A stretch of 64,000 bases of DNA. Source: Eledone cirrhosa (taxonomy: Eukaryota). Positions 52,658 through 64,000 of this stretch are shown piece by piece. The translations under genes and the position numbers were made by a program. The DNA lies in contig OZ024741.1 of the NCBI GenBank assembly GCA_964016885.1, positions 223,944,001 to 224,008,000 of the forward strand, read 5' to 3'. Positions within the stretch are counted from its first letter, which is position 1, and each line of letters opens with the position of its first letter. Under the pieces are notes generated by a model, which had not been told where the DNA came from, did no database searches, and saw nothing but the letters and a program-made list of their open reading frames with translations.

Positions 52658-53189
52658 AATATATGAACAACCGCCCGGTTATGGAACCAGCCAACCGGAA
52701 GTTTATAAATTTAATTTATAATAAATTGGAGTGAAAGCAACTGGTGCGTGTCTTTCTTATTGGCAACATGACCCTCCCAAAACATAACAATATATATATA
52801 TATATATATTGTGGAATTTAGTAAACGGAAACTGCAGGAGCCCTTCTTATACACACCCACACAAGGATGAGCCTGTGTTTATGTCCCGTAACTTAGCAGT
52901 TCGAAAAAATACAATCGATGAAATACGCATCAGACTTGAAAACATAAGTACTGGGTCCAAGTGGAAACCAGTAATGTCACACAAAATTGTATGTTTTGTA
53001 GCTTAACAGCAATAAATATCTGTTTGTCGTTCGTGTCTTACTCCTTTGGACAGCGTTTAGCTTACGTCAGACGCTGTGACCCCGGATGGACCAGCAGTAC
53101 CGTTGGTAGGGGGTCGAAACTGCCCAAGTCCATCTCAACGCCCGATGACCCTGGAGTTCTGTGTCCTTTGTTTGTAGATCTATTTTTTA

Positions 53190-53413
53190 AAAACAAGATG
53201 GTGTAGGACAGAACAAAGGAGAGAAACAAAATGAAAACCTAGTCACTGAGGAGGTCACAGAATGTGTGACGAAAGAGCTTTGACAAATATATAAACAACC
53301 TTCCACTTATCCAACCAACCAGCCAACCGGAAATTTATAATAAATTGAAGTGAAAACCAAACAGCTGCTTGTGTTTTTATTGGCAACATGACCCTCCCAA
53401 AGTATAACAATAA
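53190..53413 (+). mobile_element. Solo third pLTR with hammerhead at 53242-53284
   Basis: Homologous to 52555-52793: gtca CTGAGGA g gtcaca gaatg tgtgac GAAA gagctt tgac. Confidence 0.85.
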
Positions 53414-53654
53414 TGCATTTCGTTTTGTTTTGTTTCCGTTCGTTGTCTTGTCCTTCTTTGTTAATTTTCTTAAGCACACACACACACACACACACACACT
53501 TTTCTATCGTTTCGCTAACAAGAAAAGAAAACAAAAACATCATATCCATATATAAAGGCATCCAGCCGTAGAAAACCAATCTAACACATGCAAGCAAAGA
53601 AAAATAAACGTTAAACGGTGATGATGATGATGATGATGTATAGTTGTGTGTGTT

Positions 53655-53699
<45 letters not shown>

Positions 53700-53867
53700 G
53701 TGTGTGTGTGTGTGCGTGTGTGTGTGTGTGTGTGTGTACATACATATGGAGTATCTGAGATGCAAATTCCGTGAGGATCACAAATCATGGTGAGGTGCAG
53801 AGTGAGTCTATTAAAGAGGTAGAATCCCGATCACAAACCTGGTGGTTTCAGCTTGTTTTCTCTAGGG

Positions 53868-54068
53868 CATGCATGTCAAACATGCGGCCCTTTACAGCAC
53901 ACATGCGGCCCGCACAAAGGTTTTTACAGCGCTAGCATGTTTTATCTTTGCAATATAGCATTTAAAAAAAATAGTTGTAATGTGCACAATTAGTTGTCGT
54001 GTGTGGCCCTCACACAACACATACGTGATCCATATGGCCCTTGGGGGCCCCTCAGTTTCACATGTCTG
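53868..54068. mobile_element. hAT/Charlie-type MITE
   Basis: TIRs catgcatgtcaaac / gtttcacatgtctg, subterminal tgcggccc repeats, 8-bp TSD-like ctctaggg / atttaggg. Confidence 0.7.
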
Positions 54069-54611
54069 ATTTTAGGGTACTTACTGACAGTTCCCTTCAG
54101 AAAACAATATATAAGCATATTCTTTGTTTAATCTTTCGTTAGCTTGTAAGAGTAGAAACCGAGAAAATTGGTACAGAGCATTGACGAAGTAGGATAAACC
54201 ATTTTGCTGTGAGGAGGAGGAGGAGGAGGAAGTAGAAGATTGAAATTTATGGTTTCCCATGTAGGCTTTTAAGTGACTGGGACTTTTATACCGAGCAACT
54301 AGCGTTTAGACCTTTCCTGATGATGTATGTAGAGTAGAGCAACGTAAATAAAATGTAACGCCGTGGAATCAACCATAATAATTCTTTCTAACATTGGCAC
54401 GAGGCCAGCAATTTGGGGAAATATCGACCATGTTTTTATGTATGTGTATATAAAGAGTTTATATATAGTTATAACTTGTTTACAAACCGAAGAATTAAAG
54501 GGTTTAAGGCATTTCATGACTATATAACAGCTCTGCATGATCCTATCATTGTATTGAGCTAAAAAACACGCAGTCAACGAGTAAAATTTACTCTCATTGA
54601 TATTACTATTA

Positions 54612-54633
54612 CACACACACCCACGCGCACACA

Positions 54634-54724
<91 letters not shown>
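54612..54724. repeat. (CA)n microsatellite
   Basis: Directly visible. Confidence 0.95.
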
Positions 54725-54730
<6 letters not shown>

Positions 54731-54867
54731 GTATATTTAAACTCTTTAACATTTACACACACATACGCACATTACCTTTCCTATCTCAGTCACACCGCTT
54801 ACAATAAGAAGTGTGCTCTCTAATCGCAAGGTCCTGAGTTCTAACCCTACAGTTTGTCCCTGTAAAT

Positions 54868-54940
54868 CAGGGGCGTACAACAGGTAGCCTGCGGGCCACA
54901 ATCCGGGCCACCAGATCAGCCAGAGTGGCCCGCGATGACC
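54868..54940 (+). mobile_element. hAT/Charlie-type left-end fragment
   Basis: caggggcgtacaac..gcctgcgggccaca.tccgg.cc..gtggcccgcga. Confidence 0.5.
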
Positions 54941-55114
54941 GTTTAAAATTTTTACCTTGTAGGCTTATTTAGAATTTGTTTCGCAACTGTAATACAATTT
55001 TCTGTTAGTTGACCTAAAGGGCTTCACTGATAGGGTTCAGTGTTATAATTTCCCAGTTCCATGTTATGGAAAGAAGTTGTGTTGAATCTTTGGAATAGTG
55101 CTTAATAAATATTA

Positions 55115-55297
55115 ATTGTTTCTACTTTAGGCACAAGGTCAGCAATTACCCAGTGCATTACTGGTACTTTATTTTATCGCCCCCGTAAGGATGAAAGGCG
55201 AAGTCAACCTCGGCGGGATTTGAACTCAGATCGTAAAGGGACGTAACTATGCTGGAAAGCATGGCGTCCGACCCTCTACTGATACTGCCAATCCACA
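55115..55297 (-). mobile_element. Young SINE family A copy
   Basis: Near-consensus reverse complement. Confidence 0.9.
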
Positions 55298-55543
55298 ATG
55301 GCCCTAATAATTGTTCCAATGTTCAAAAGTGGTCCCCCAACGGAATAAGTTATTTCTCGAAAGTTACTGCTGCATTTAATCCTGTATATCATTTATACAT
55401 ATATATGCTGGACATTTATGTAATTACACCTTAGAAATAAATTATTAAGATATCATTTTTATGTTTTATCACTTCCACGTATTAGTAATCAACATAGATT
55501 AAAGGTTTTCTCTCGTGCAAACATTAATTTATCAACACGAAAT

Positions 55544-55720
55544 GGCGGTGGTTTGGCAGTATCGGTAGAGGGTCAGACTCCATGCTTTTCAGCATAGGAG
55601 TTATGGCCCTTTATGTTCTGAGTTCAAATCCTGCCGAGGTTAACTTTGCCTTTCATCCTTACGGGGTCGATAAAATAAAGTACCAGTAATACACTGGAGT
55701 AATTGCCAAAAGTAGAAACA
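55544..55720 (+). mobile_element. Young SINE family A copy with ~20-bp TSD ATTAAYTTATCAACACGAAA
   Basis: TSD at 55523-55542 and 55721-55740 with one mismatch. Confidence 0.9.
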
Positions 55721-55946
55721 ATTAACTTATCAACACGAAAATTTCCCAGTTTGTTCGATTGTTCATATACCCAGTAATCCTGGTTTATATGGCCTACCAA
55801 TCCTGCACTCCAAAATTAAATACGTTCAATGCTATTGCCATCATTACTGACATCACTGGTCCACTAGAATAGAATAATCGCTATATTGTACATATAGTTA
55901 TTAACTTGGCTATCAAATTACTACAGTCTCTCAATTTGAGGCACTG

Positions 55947-56260
55947 TAGAATACCATATTGTGACGTTTAACATGGCTAAAATAGTAGTCATGACACTGG
56001 CTATACATTGTAACTATTGCCAACTTGTTTTGGTTTATTAGATAGTAGCAATGTTGTTACAGATGCTAGAATACCAGCAATATTGCAGCGTTTAATATAG
56101 CTACAAAATAGTAGCCATGACACTGGAATAAGTAGCTACGTTGTAACTATTGCCAAGCTGTAGTTTATCAAATAGTAACAATGTTGTTACAGACGTTCAG
56201 CAACAGCCATATTATTATAGAGACAGCATGATGGTATTAAATGGTAGCCATGTTGTTACA
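55947..56260. repeat. Diverged ~120-130 bp tandem duplication
   Basis: tagaatacca...aaaatagtag.catgacactgg...ttgtaactattgccaa...caatgttgttacaga occurs twice. Confidence 0.7.
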
Positions 56261-58371
56261 TTGTCTCAAATGATGGCTAGACTGTTTGTTACACACTTGT
56301 TAAATGGTTTAGCTTGTAAAGTAAACTTGGTTTTTTAGTACACGATATTCATGCATATCATGTCGTTAAATTTGAGGTTGTAGTCAAGTGACAGTTTTTA
56401 TTTACATCATAAACAAAGGCAAATTAGCGACAAAATAGACTAAGCAATGTGTTGGGAGAGGAAATGCATGTCAAATATATGCAGTAATAATGCATCGTGA
56501 CATCATGTGATCTTGTCCCTGATTACCAAAATGGCAGAGAACATCATTAAGTCGTGATTTTGGCTGAAAGTTAACAAAGAGGAGATGATGCTATTAATAA
56601 CATATTTCCCACCACCACCGCTACCATCATTCATACTCATCAAGTATAATAATTTCATTAGCTTTGTAATTTTATCTTTCAGTTAATTTTTGGTCTTTGA
56701 AACAACTTATGTAATCCCAACGATTACTACTGTACAAAACAGCTGAGGTTAGTTTTAGTGTTACACAGATGTATTAAACAAATAACAAAAAATAACACAA
56801 AACAGCCATATTATTGTTGTATATTGTTAATTGGTAGCCATGTTTGCTACCCACTGTTGTATATAAAACGTTATGACTTACACAGTTATTATATAAAGCA
56901 GTCACATCATTTTAAAGACTGGTAATTATTGGTTGATGTAGGTTTATTATATATAAAACTGCACTCATTGTACACACTCAGGGATCGTTCTATAATGAAA
57001 ATGTCCACATTCCTAACGAAATAACTTTTAAAAAAACAATTCACAAACACAAAAAATAAAAATATTAATCATTTCCACAACAAATTCTTATTTTCTGATT
57101 TTCCTCCTTTATTATTTTTATTATTATTTAAATATTAATCAATGAGGAGTAAGTTTGTGATTAATTAAAGTTTATGAAAGACCCCACCCCCTCTCCAAAA
57201 AAATAAAACGAAAAGAAAAGGAAAGATAACCAGCAGGGTGGGGTGTATGTAGGTGGGGGTGGTAATAAAAGAAAAGAAAACAACGTGAAATATTTTTTTT
57301 TTTTTTTGTTGTGTGTTGTAGCGCGGAAGGTAATTTGGTATGTAGTATCTTTCTGTCTGAAGGAAATAGTGCAATAATAGGCAAAGGACATTAGAAGTTA
57401 TTATGGTGTTAAGGAGTGGCTGACATGTTGGCAGACTTAGTCCTATATATATATATATATGTGTGTGTATGTATATTCTCTCACTCTCTCTCACACACAC
57501 ACACATAGATATATAGGACTAAGTCTGCCAATATATATATATATATACACATACACAAACTTTATCTGGTGTAAAGAAAAAGATGTAATTGTCAAAAGTC
57601 AGCTCAAGCCATGAGTCATATGTGAAGTCGGCAGGGCTTTTTTTTCTGTTTGGTGATGAACCCTAAAACATTTTTAAGTGCAAGCTTTAGCCGTGTGTAG
57701 TTTACTAGATAACATTGTTTGAGTTGCTAGCTACAGTGAGTAGATTGAAAAGGAAGTCGGCTGGGTTTTTTAAGTTAGCTTAGCCTACCACTCAAAGGTA
57801 CTGTGTGCTTCAGGTCTTTATATACAAAAATAAATAAAAAGTGAAGTCAAACAAAACTAATGCAATTTTCTTCCATCTCCCTCCCTCACTCTGTCTCTGT
57901 CTGTGTCTGTGCTGCCCTTCCTCCACTCTCTCACTGACTGTGTATGTACTCCCACTTCCACTCTCTATGTCTGTGCTCCCCCCTCTCTCTCTCTTTCTCT
58001 CTCTCTCTCATACAACACAATTAAATGGAGCTATCTTTAGTCATGTGTGTGGCATATCGCAAAATGGTTCGAGGGTTATTTTCGTTGGTGGAGATATGTG
58101 TTTTTAGAACCCTCACACACTCGGCAACCTCAGGAAATGAAAACTGATTTAGAATACTGAGTTAAGAACTAATTGTTTTTCTTCCATTTTGCTCTTGTTT
58201 TAACAATCTTAACGTCTATTTCTAGCCTTAACTCCACATTAATTTCTGATTTGATGGTTCTGTTGACTCAAAACATTGGCTCGGATTATTTGATCTCATG
58301 TTTTAATACCTAGATATTCTCCCTTACGGCAAACTAATTAACTGTAAAAAGGGGAAGGAATAGACTATATA

Positions 58372-59165
58372 CGGCGGTGATGGTGTTGAATGGTGATAAC
58401 GGTGGTGGTGGTGGTGGTGATTGGTAGCGGCGGTGATGGTGTTGAATGGTGATAACGGTGGTGGTGGTGGTGATTGGTAGCGGCGGTGATGGTGTTGAAT
58501 GGTGATAACGGTGGTGGTGGTGATTGGTAGCGGCGGTGATGGTGTTGAATGGTGATAACGGTGGTGGTGGTGGTGATTGGTAGCGGCGGTGATGGTGTTG
58601 AATGGTGATAACGGTGGTGGTGGTGATTGGTAGCGGCGGTGATGGTGTTGAATGGTGATAACGGTGGTGGTGGTGGTGGTGGTGATTGGTAGCGGCGGTG
58701 ATGGTGTTGAATGGTGATAACGGTGGTGGTGGTGGTGGTTGGTGGCGGCGGTGATGGTGTTGAATGGTGATAACGCTGGTGGTGGTGGTGGTGGATGGTG
58801 GCGGCGGTGATGGTGTTGAATGGTGATAACGGTGGTGGTGGTGGTGATTGGTGGCGGCGGTGATGGTGTTGAATGGTGATAACGCTGGTGGTGGTGGTGG
58901 TGATTGGTGGCGGCGGTGATGGTGTTGAATGGTGATAACGGTGGTGGTGGTGGTGGTGGTGGTGATTGGTGATAACGGTGGTGGTGGTGGTGGTGATTGG
59001 TGGCGGCGGTGATGGTGTTGAATGGTGATAACGGTGGTGGTGGTGGTGGTTGGTGGCGGTGATGTTGTTGAATGGTGATAACGGTGGTGGCGGCGGTGAT
59101 GGTGTTGAATGGTGATAATGGTGGTGGTGGTGGTGATTGGTAGCGGCGGTGATGGTGTTGAACGG
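58372..59165. repeat. ~51-63 bp minisatellite ggcggtgatggtgttgaatggtgataac(ggt)n gattggtagc
   Basis: About 13-14 units with variable GGT count. Confidence 0.9.
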
Positions 59166-59429
59166 TGGTGGTGGTGGATGGTGGTGGTGGGTGGTGGATG
59201 GCGGCGGGTGTTGTAGTAGTGGTAGCGGCATTGGCAGCAAGAAGATGTGGGAGTAATTAAGAACAGAACATAAAGACAATCATACGCCAGTTGGGAACCC
59301 TAACCCACAACCATAAATATGACCAGATGTTTGACGTGGGTATGGGTATGGCTGAGTGGCTAAGATTTTAAATTCACAACTATGAGGTTCCGGGTTCAAA
59401 CCCTGTATGGTATTTTGGAAAATGATAAT

Positions 59430-59615
59430 TGTTTCTACTATTGGCACAAGGCCAGCAATTACCCAGTGTATTACTGGTACTTTATTTTATCGACCTCGTA
59501 AGGATGAAAGCCAAAGTTAACCTCGGCGGGATTTGAACTCAGAATGGCAAGGGCCGTAACTGTATGCGTCAAAGCATGGCGTCCGACCCTCTACCGATAC
59601 TGCCAATCCACCGCC
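59430..59615 (-). mobile_element. Full-length young SINE A with 18-bp TSD ATTTTGGAAAATGATAAT, inserted in an older tRNA-SINE head (59345-59410)
   Basis: Perfect TSD at 59412-59429 and 59616-59633. Confidence 0.95.
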
Positions 59616-60242
59616 ATTTTGGAAAATGATAATGAAATATAACGTGTGATAATGAAACAGTATCAAATCATTATGGTGCAGTGATTTTCTCACGATGACC
59701 ATAGTTACTTGATACACCACTTCAATTACTTCTCCTTTTCTAGCGGTCAGAGCCCTGTTTAATTTATGCTTCAATTGTTTCATAAAACCTACAGTTTGAC
59801 AAATATGTCCGAACACGGAAGAACCGAACTCCTACTGTCATCTGGTCTTTGGTCAACCCAAGCCTTGTGTATGAGATTAGGCAGGCTGTAATCATACGGC
59901 AGGCCACCGAATTCAATGGTCCTCCAGTCATGTTACACTGTGTCACCACATTGATTCTGCCTGAGCAGAATTATATTTAGGTTACACGTGTCTGTGGAAT
60001 ACTCAGCCATTTGCATGTTGGTCTAACAAGTCGGACATTCAGTTGATCTAACAACTAAATGCTCACCCTCATACCTGGCGGAGGGTCTCTGAAACCACCA
60101 AAACTACTAACGACACCACCACATGCTATCATTGCCTTCTTTTTCCCTTTTCTTCTTCTTTTTTTTATTTTTTTCCTTTTATTTTTTCTTTTGATTTTTC
60201 TTCGTTTTCTTTTTTTTCATTCTCTTTTTTATTTTTATTTTT

Positions 60243-60381
60243 GAGATGATCATGGGGGCAGATTTCAAATATCCATTCCTACTGACAGGGGCACTCCTGT
60301 TGGTGGCCAATTCCATCCTGATAGCAAAGAGTAGGGAGGTGATTCAGAGACACAGAAATGCTAGAAGTCTCCACCATTAGA
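60243..60381 (-). mobile_element. Second, more decayed CRE-like fragment running into the satellite
   Basis: Its reverse complement aligns with 49587-49729 (atcacctccctactc..tgcta...ggat..a.ttgg.cacc...gagtg...gaatgg.tattt.aa). Confidence 0.7.
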
Positions 60382-63300
60382 AGTCTCCACCCCTAGAAGT
60401 CTCCACCCCTAGAAGTCTCCACCACTAGAAGTCTCCACCATTAGAAGTCTCCACCACTAGAAGTCTCCACCATTAGAAGTCTCCACCCCTAGAAGTCTCC
60501 ACCATTAGAAGTCTCCACCCCCAGAAGTCTCCACCACTAGAAGTCTCCACCCCTAGAAGTCTCCACCACTAGAAGTCTCCACCCCTAGAAGTCTCCACCC
60601 CTAGAAGTCTCCACCATTAGAAGTCTCCACCCCTAGAAGTCTCCACCATTAGAAGTCTCCACCACTAGAAGTCTCCACCCCTAGAAGTCTCCACCACCAG
60701 AAATCTCCACCACTAGAAGTAAGTCCCCACCCCTAGAAGTCTCCACCACTAGAAGTAAGTCCCCACCCCTAGAAGTCTCCACCACTAGAAGTAAGTCCCC
60801 ACCACTAGAAATCTCCACCACTAGAAGTAAGTCCCCACCCCTAGAAGTCTCCACCACTAGAAGTAAGTCCCCACCCCCAGAAGTCTCCACCACTAGAAGT
60901 CTCCACCCCTAGAAGTCTCCACCACTAGAAGTAAGTCCCCACCCCCAGAAGTCTCCACCACTAGAAGTCTCCACCCCTAGAAGTCTCCACCCCTAGAAGT
61001 CTCCACCATTAGAAGTCTCCACCCCTAGAAGTCTCCACCATTAGAAGTCTCCACCACTAGAAGTCTCCAACACTAGAAGTCTCCACCACTAGAAGTCTCC
61101 ACCATTAGAAGTCTCCACCATTAGAAGTCTCCACCATTAGAAGTCTCCACCACTAGAAGTCTCCACCCCTAGAAGTCTCCACCATTAGAAGTCTCCACCA
61201 CTAGAAGTCTCCAACACTAGAAGTCTCCACCACTAGAAGTCTCCACCCCTAGAAGTCTCCACCCCTAGAAGTCTCCACCATTAGAAGTCTCCACCACTAG
61301 AAGTCTCCAACACTAGAAGTCTCCACCACTAGAAGTCTCCACCCCTAGAAGTCTCCACCCCTAGAAGTCTCCACCATTAGAAGTCTCCACCACTAGAAGT
61401 CTCCAACACTAGAAGTCTCCACCACTAGAAGTCTCCACCATTAGAAGTCTCCACCATTAGAAGTCTCCACCATTAGAAGTCTCCACCACTAGAAGTCTCC
61501 ACCCCTAGAAGTCTCCACCATTAGAAGTCTCCACCACTAGAAGTCTCCACCCCTAGAAGTCTCCACCACTAGAAGTCTCCACCACTAGAAGTCTCCACCA
61601 CCAGAAATCTCCACCACTAGAAGTAAGTCCCCACCCCTAGAAGTCTCCACCACTAGAAGTCTCCACCACTAGAAGTAAGTCCCCACTCCTAGAAGTCTCC
61701 ACCATTAGAAGTCTCAACCCCTAGAAGTCTCCACCATTAGAAGTCTCCACCACTAGAAGTCTCCACCACTAGAAGTCTCCACCACTAGAAGTCTCCAACA
61801 CTAGAAGTCTCCAACACTAGAAGTCTCCAACACTAGAAGTCTCCACCACTAGAAGTCTCCACCATTAGAAGTCTCCACCACTAGAAGTCTCCAACACTAG
61901 AAGTCTCCACCACTAGAAGTCTCCACCATTAGAAGTCTCCACCACTAGAAGTCTCCAACACTAGAAGTCTCCACCACTAGAAGTCTCCACCCCTAGAAGT
62001 CTCCACCATTAGAAGTCTCCACCCCTAGAAGTCTCCACCACTAGAAGTCTCCACCACTAGAAGTCTCCACCATTAGAAGTCTCCACCCCTAGAAGTCTCC
62101 ACCCCTAGAAGTCTCCAACACTAGAAGTCTCCACCACTAGAAGTCTCCACCATTAGAAGTCTCCACCACTAGAAGTCTCCAACACTAGAAGTCTCCACCA
62201 TTAGAAGTCTCCACCATTAGAAGTCTCCACCACTAGAAGTCTCCACCACTAGAAGTCTCCACCCCTAGAAGTCTCCACCCCTAGAAGTCTCCACCCCTAG
62301 AAGTCTCCACCATTAGAAGTCTCCACCACTAGAAGTCTCCACCACTAGAAGTCCCCACCATTAGAAGTCTCCACCATTAGAAGTCTCCACCATTAGAAGT
62401 CTCCAACACTAGAAGTCTCCACCACTAGAAGTCTCCACCCCTAGAAGTCTCCACCCCTAGAAGTCTCCACCATTAGAAGTCTCCACCCCTAGAAGTCTCC
62501 ACCATTAGAAGTCTCCACCCCTAGAAGTCTCCACCATTAGAAGTCTCCACCCCTAGAAGTCTCCACCATTAGAAGTCTCCACCACTAGAAGTCTCCACCA
62601 TTAGAAGTCTCCACCCCTAGAAGTCTCCAACACTAGAAGTCTCCACCACTAGATGTCTCCACCATTAGAAGTCTCCACCCCTAGAAGTCTCCACCATTAG
62701 AAGTCTCCACCCCTAGAAGTCTCCACCATTAGAAGTCTCCACCACTAGAAGTCTCCAACACTAGAAGTCTCCACCACTAGAAGTCTCCACCATTAGAAGT
62801 CTCCACCACTAGAAGTCTCCACCCCTAGAAGTCTCCACCATTAGAAGTCTCCACCACTAGAAGTCTCCAACACTAGAAGTCCCCACCACTAGATGTCTCC
62901 ACCCCTAGAAGTCTCCACCACTAGAAGTCTCCACCCCTAGAAGTCTCCACCCCTAGAAGTCTCCACCCCTAGAAGTCTCCACCACTAGAAGTCTCCAACA
63001 CTAGAAGTCTCCACCATTAGAAGTCTCCACCACTAGATGTCTCCACCATTAGAAGTCTCCACCCCTAGAAGTCTCCACCATTAGAAGTCTCCACCATTAG
63101 AAGTCTCCACCATTAGAAGTCTCCACCACTAGAAGTCTCCACCATTAGAAGTCTCCACCACTAGAAGTCTCCAACACTAGAAGTCTCCACCATTAGAAGT
63201 CTCCACCCCTAGAAGTCTCCACCATTAGAAGTCTCCACCACTAGAAGTCTCCACCACTAGAAGTCTCCACCCCTAGAAGTCTCCACCATTAGAAGTCTCC

Positions 63301-64000
63301 ACCCCTAGAAGTCTCCACCATTAGAAGTCTCCACCACTAGAAGTCTCCACCACTAGAAGTCTCCACCCCTAGAAGTCTCCACCGCTAGAAGTCTCCACCA
63401 CTAGAAGTCTCCACCATTAGAAGTCTCCACCATTAGAAGTCTCCACCACTAGAAGTCTCCACCATTAGAAGTCTCCACCATTAGAAGTCTCCAACACTAG
63501 AAGTCTCCACCATTAGAAGTCTCCACCACTAGAAGTCTCCACCATTAGAAGTCTCCACCATTAGAAGTCTCCAACACTAGAAGTCTCCACCATTAGAAGT
63601 CTCCACCACTAGAAGTCTCCAACACTAGAAGTCCCCACCACTAGATGTCTCCACCCCTAGAAGTCTCCACCCCTAGAAGTCTCCACCATTAGAAGTCTCC
63701 ACCCCTAGAAGTCTCCACCCCTAGAAGTCTCCAACACTAGAAGTCTCCACCACTAGAAGTCTCCACCCCTAGAAGTCTCCACCATTAGAAGTCTCCACCC
63801 CTAGAAGTCTCCACCATTAGAAGTCTCCACCCCTAGAAGTCTCCACCACTAGAAGTCTCCACCACTAGAAGTCTCCACCCCTAGAAGTCTCCACCCCTAG
63901 AAGTCTCCACCCCTAGAAGTCTCCACCACTAGAAGTCCCCACCATTAGAAGTCTCCACCATTAGAAGTCTCCACCATTAGAAGTCTCCACCCCTAGAAGT
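60361..64000. repeat. 16-bp satellite (ctagaagtctccacca), more than 220 units, runs off the window end
   Basis: Variants ccact, cccct, ccatt and acact; occasional 20-bp agaagtaagtcccc units at 60716-60945 and 61619-61690. TAG cycles through all frames on both strands. Confidence 0.97.

Larger units (their letters stand above)
51947..52793 (+). mobile_element. Penelope-like element: inverted pLTR (51947-52177), GIY-YIG C-terminus (52178-52415), direct pLTR (52565-52793)
   Basis: ERLNEH...SVLHQHAKIEH...RQITEAININELQPKLNRKHEW is a PLE endonuclease C-terminal pattern. The ~230-bp inverted terminal repeats lie within (TA)n context. Confidence 0.9.

Noticed and set aside
60246-60380. Signal-peptide-like ORF MIMGADFKYPFLLTGALLLVANSILIA after a pyrimidine tract
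   Set aside because: Stops after 44 codons and is the antisense strand of the CRE-like fragment homologous to 49587-49729.
60361-64000. Telomeric repeat
   Set aside because: The unit is 16 bp and not TTAGGG or TTAGG, although a subtelomeric position cannot be excluded.

Overview
Repeat-dominated, AT-rich eukaryotic DNA with no confidently identifiable host gene. The SINE families and abundant (TA)n, (CA)n and (GA)n tracts suggest an octopod cephalopod (inference). Nearly all long ORFs in the track are artefacts of microsatellites and minisatellites. Supported content: (1) many copies of a tRNA-derived SINE, several with clear 8-20 bp TSDs; (2) four RTE-type LINE fragments, one with a 5' inversion and TSD; (3) a Penelope-like element with a GIY-YIG C-terminus and inverted/direct pseudo-LTRs carrying minimal hammerhead ribozyme motifs; (4) separate hammerhead-bearing fold-back elements inside TA/GA microsatellites; (5) piggyBac-, pogo/Tigger- and hAT-type MITEs; (6) a ~1.1 kb near-perfect palindrome with breakpoints inside SINEs; (7) 63, ~30, 45, 54 and ~55 bp minisatellites with higher-order structure; (8) a >3.6 kb 16-bp satellite that appears to have grown out of the PLAVETSG codons of a CRE-like retrotransposon, with an unamplified homologue ~11 kb upstream. 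All alignments were done by eye, and the boundaries of degenerate repeats are approximate.
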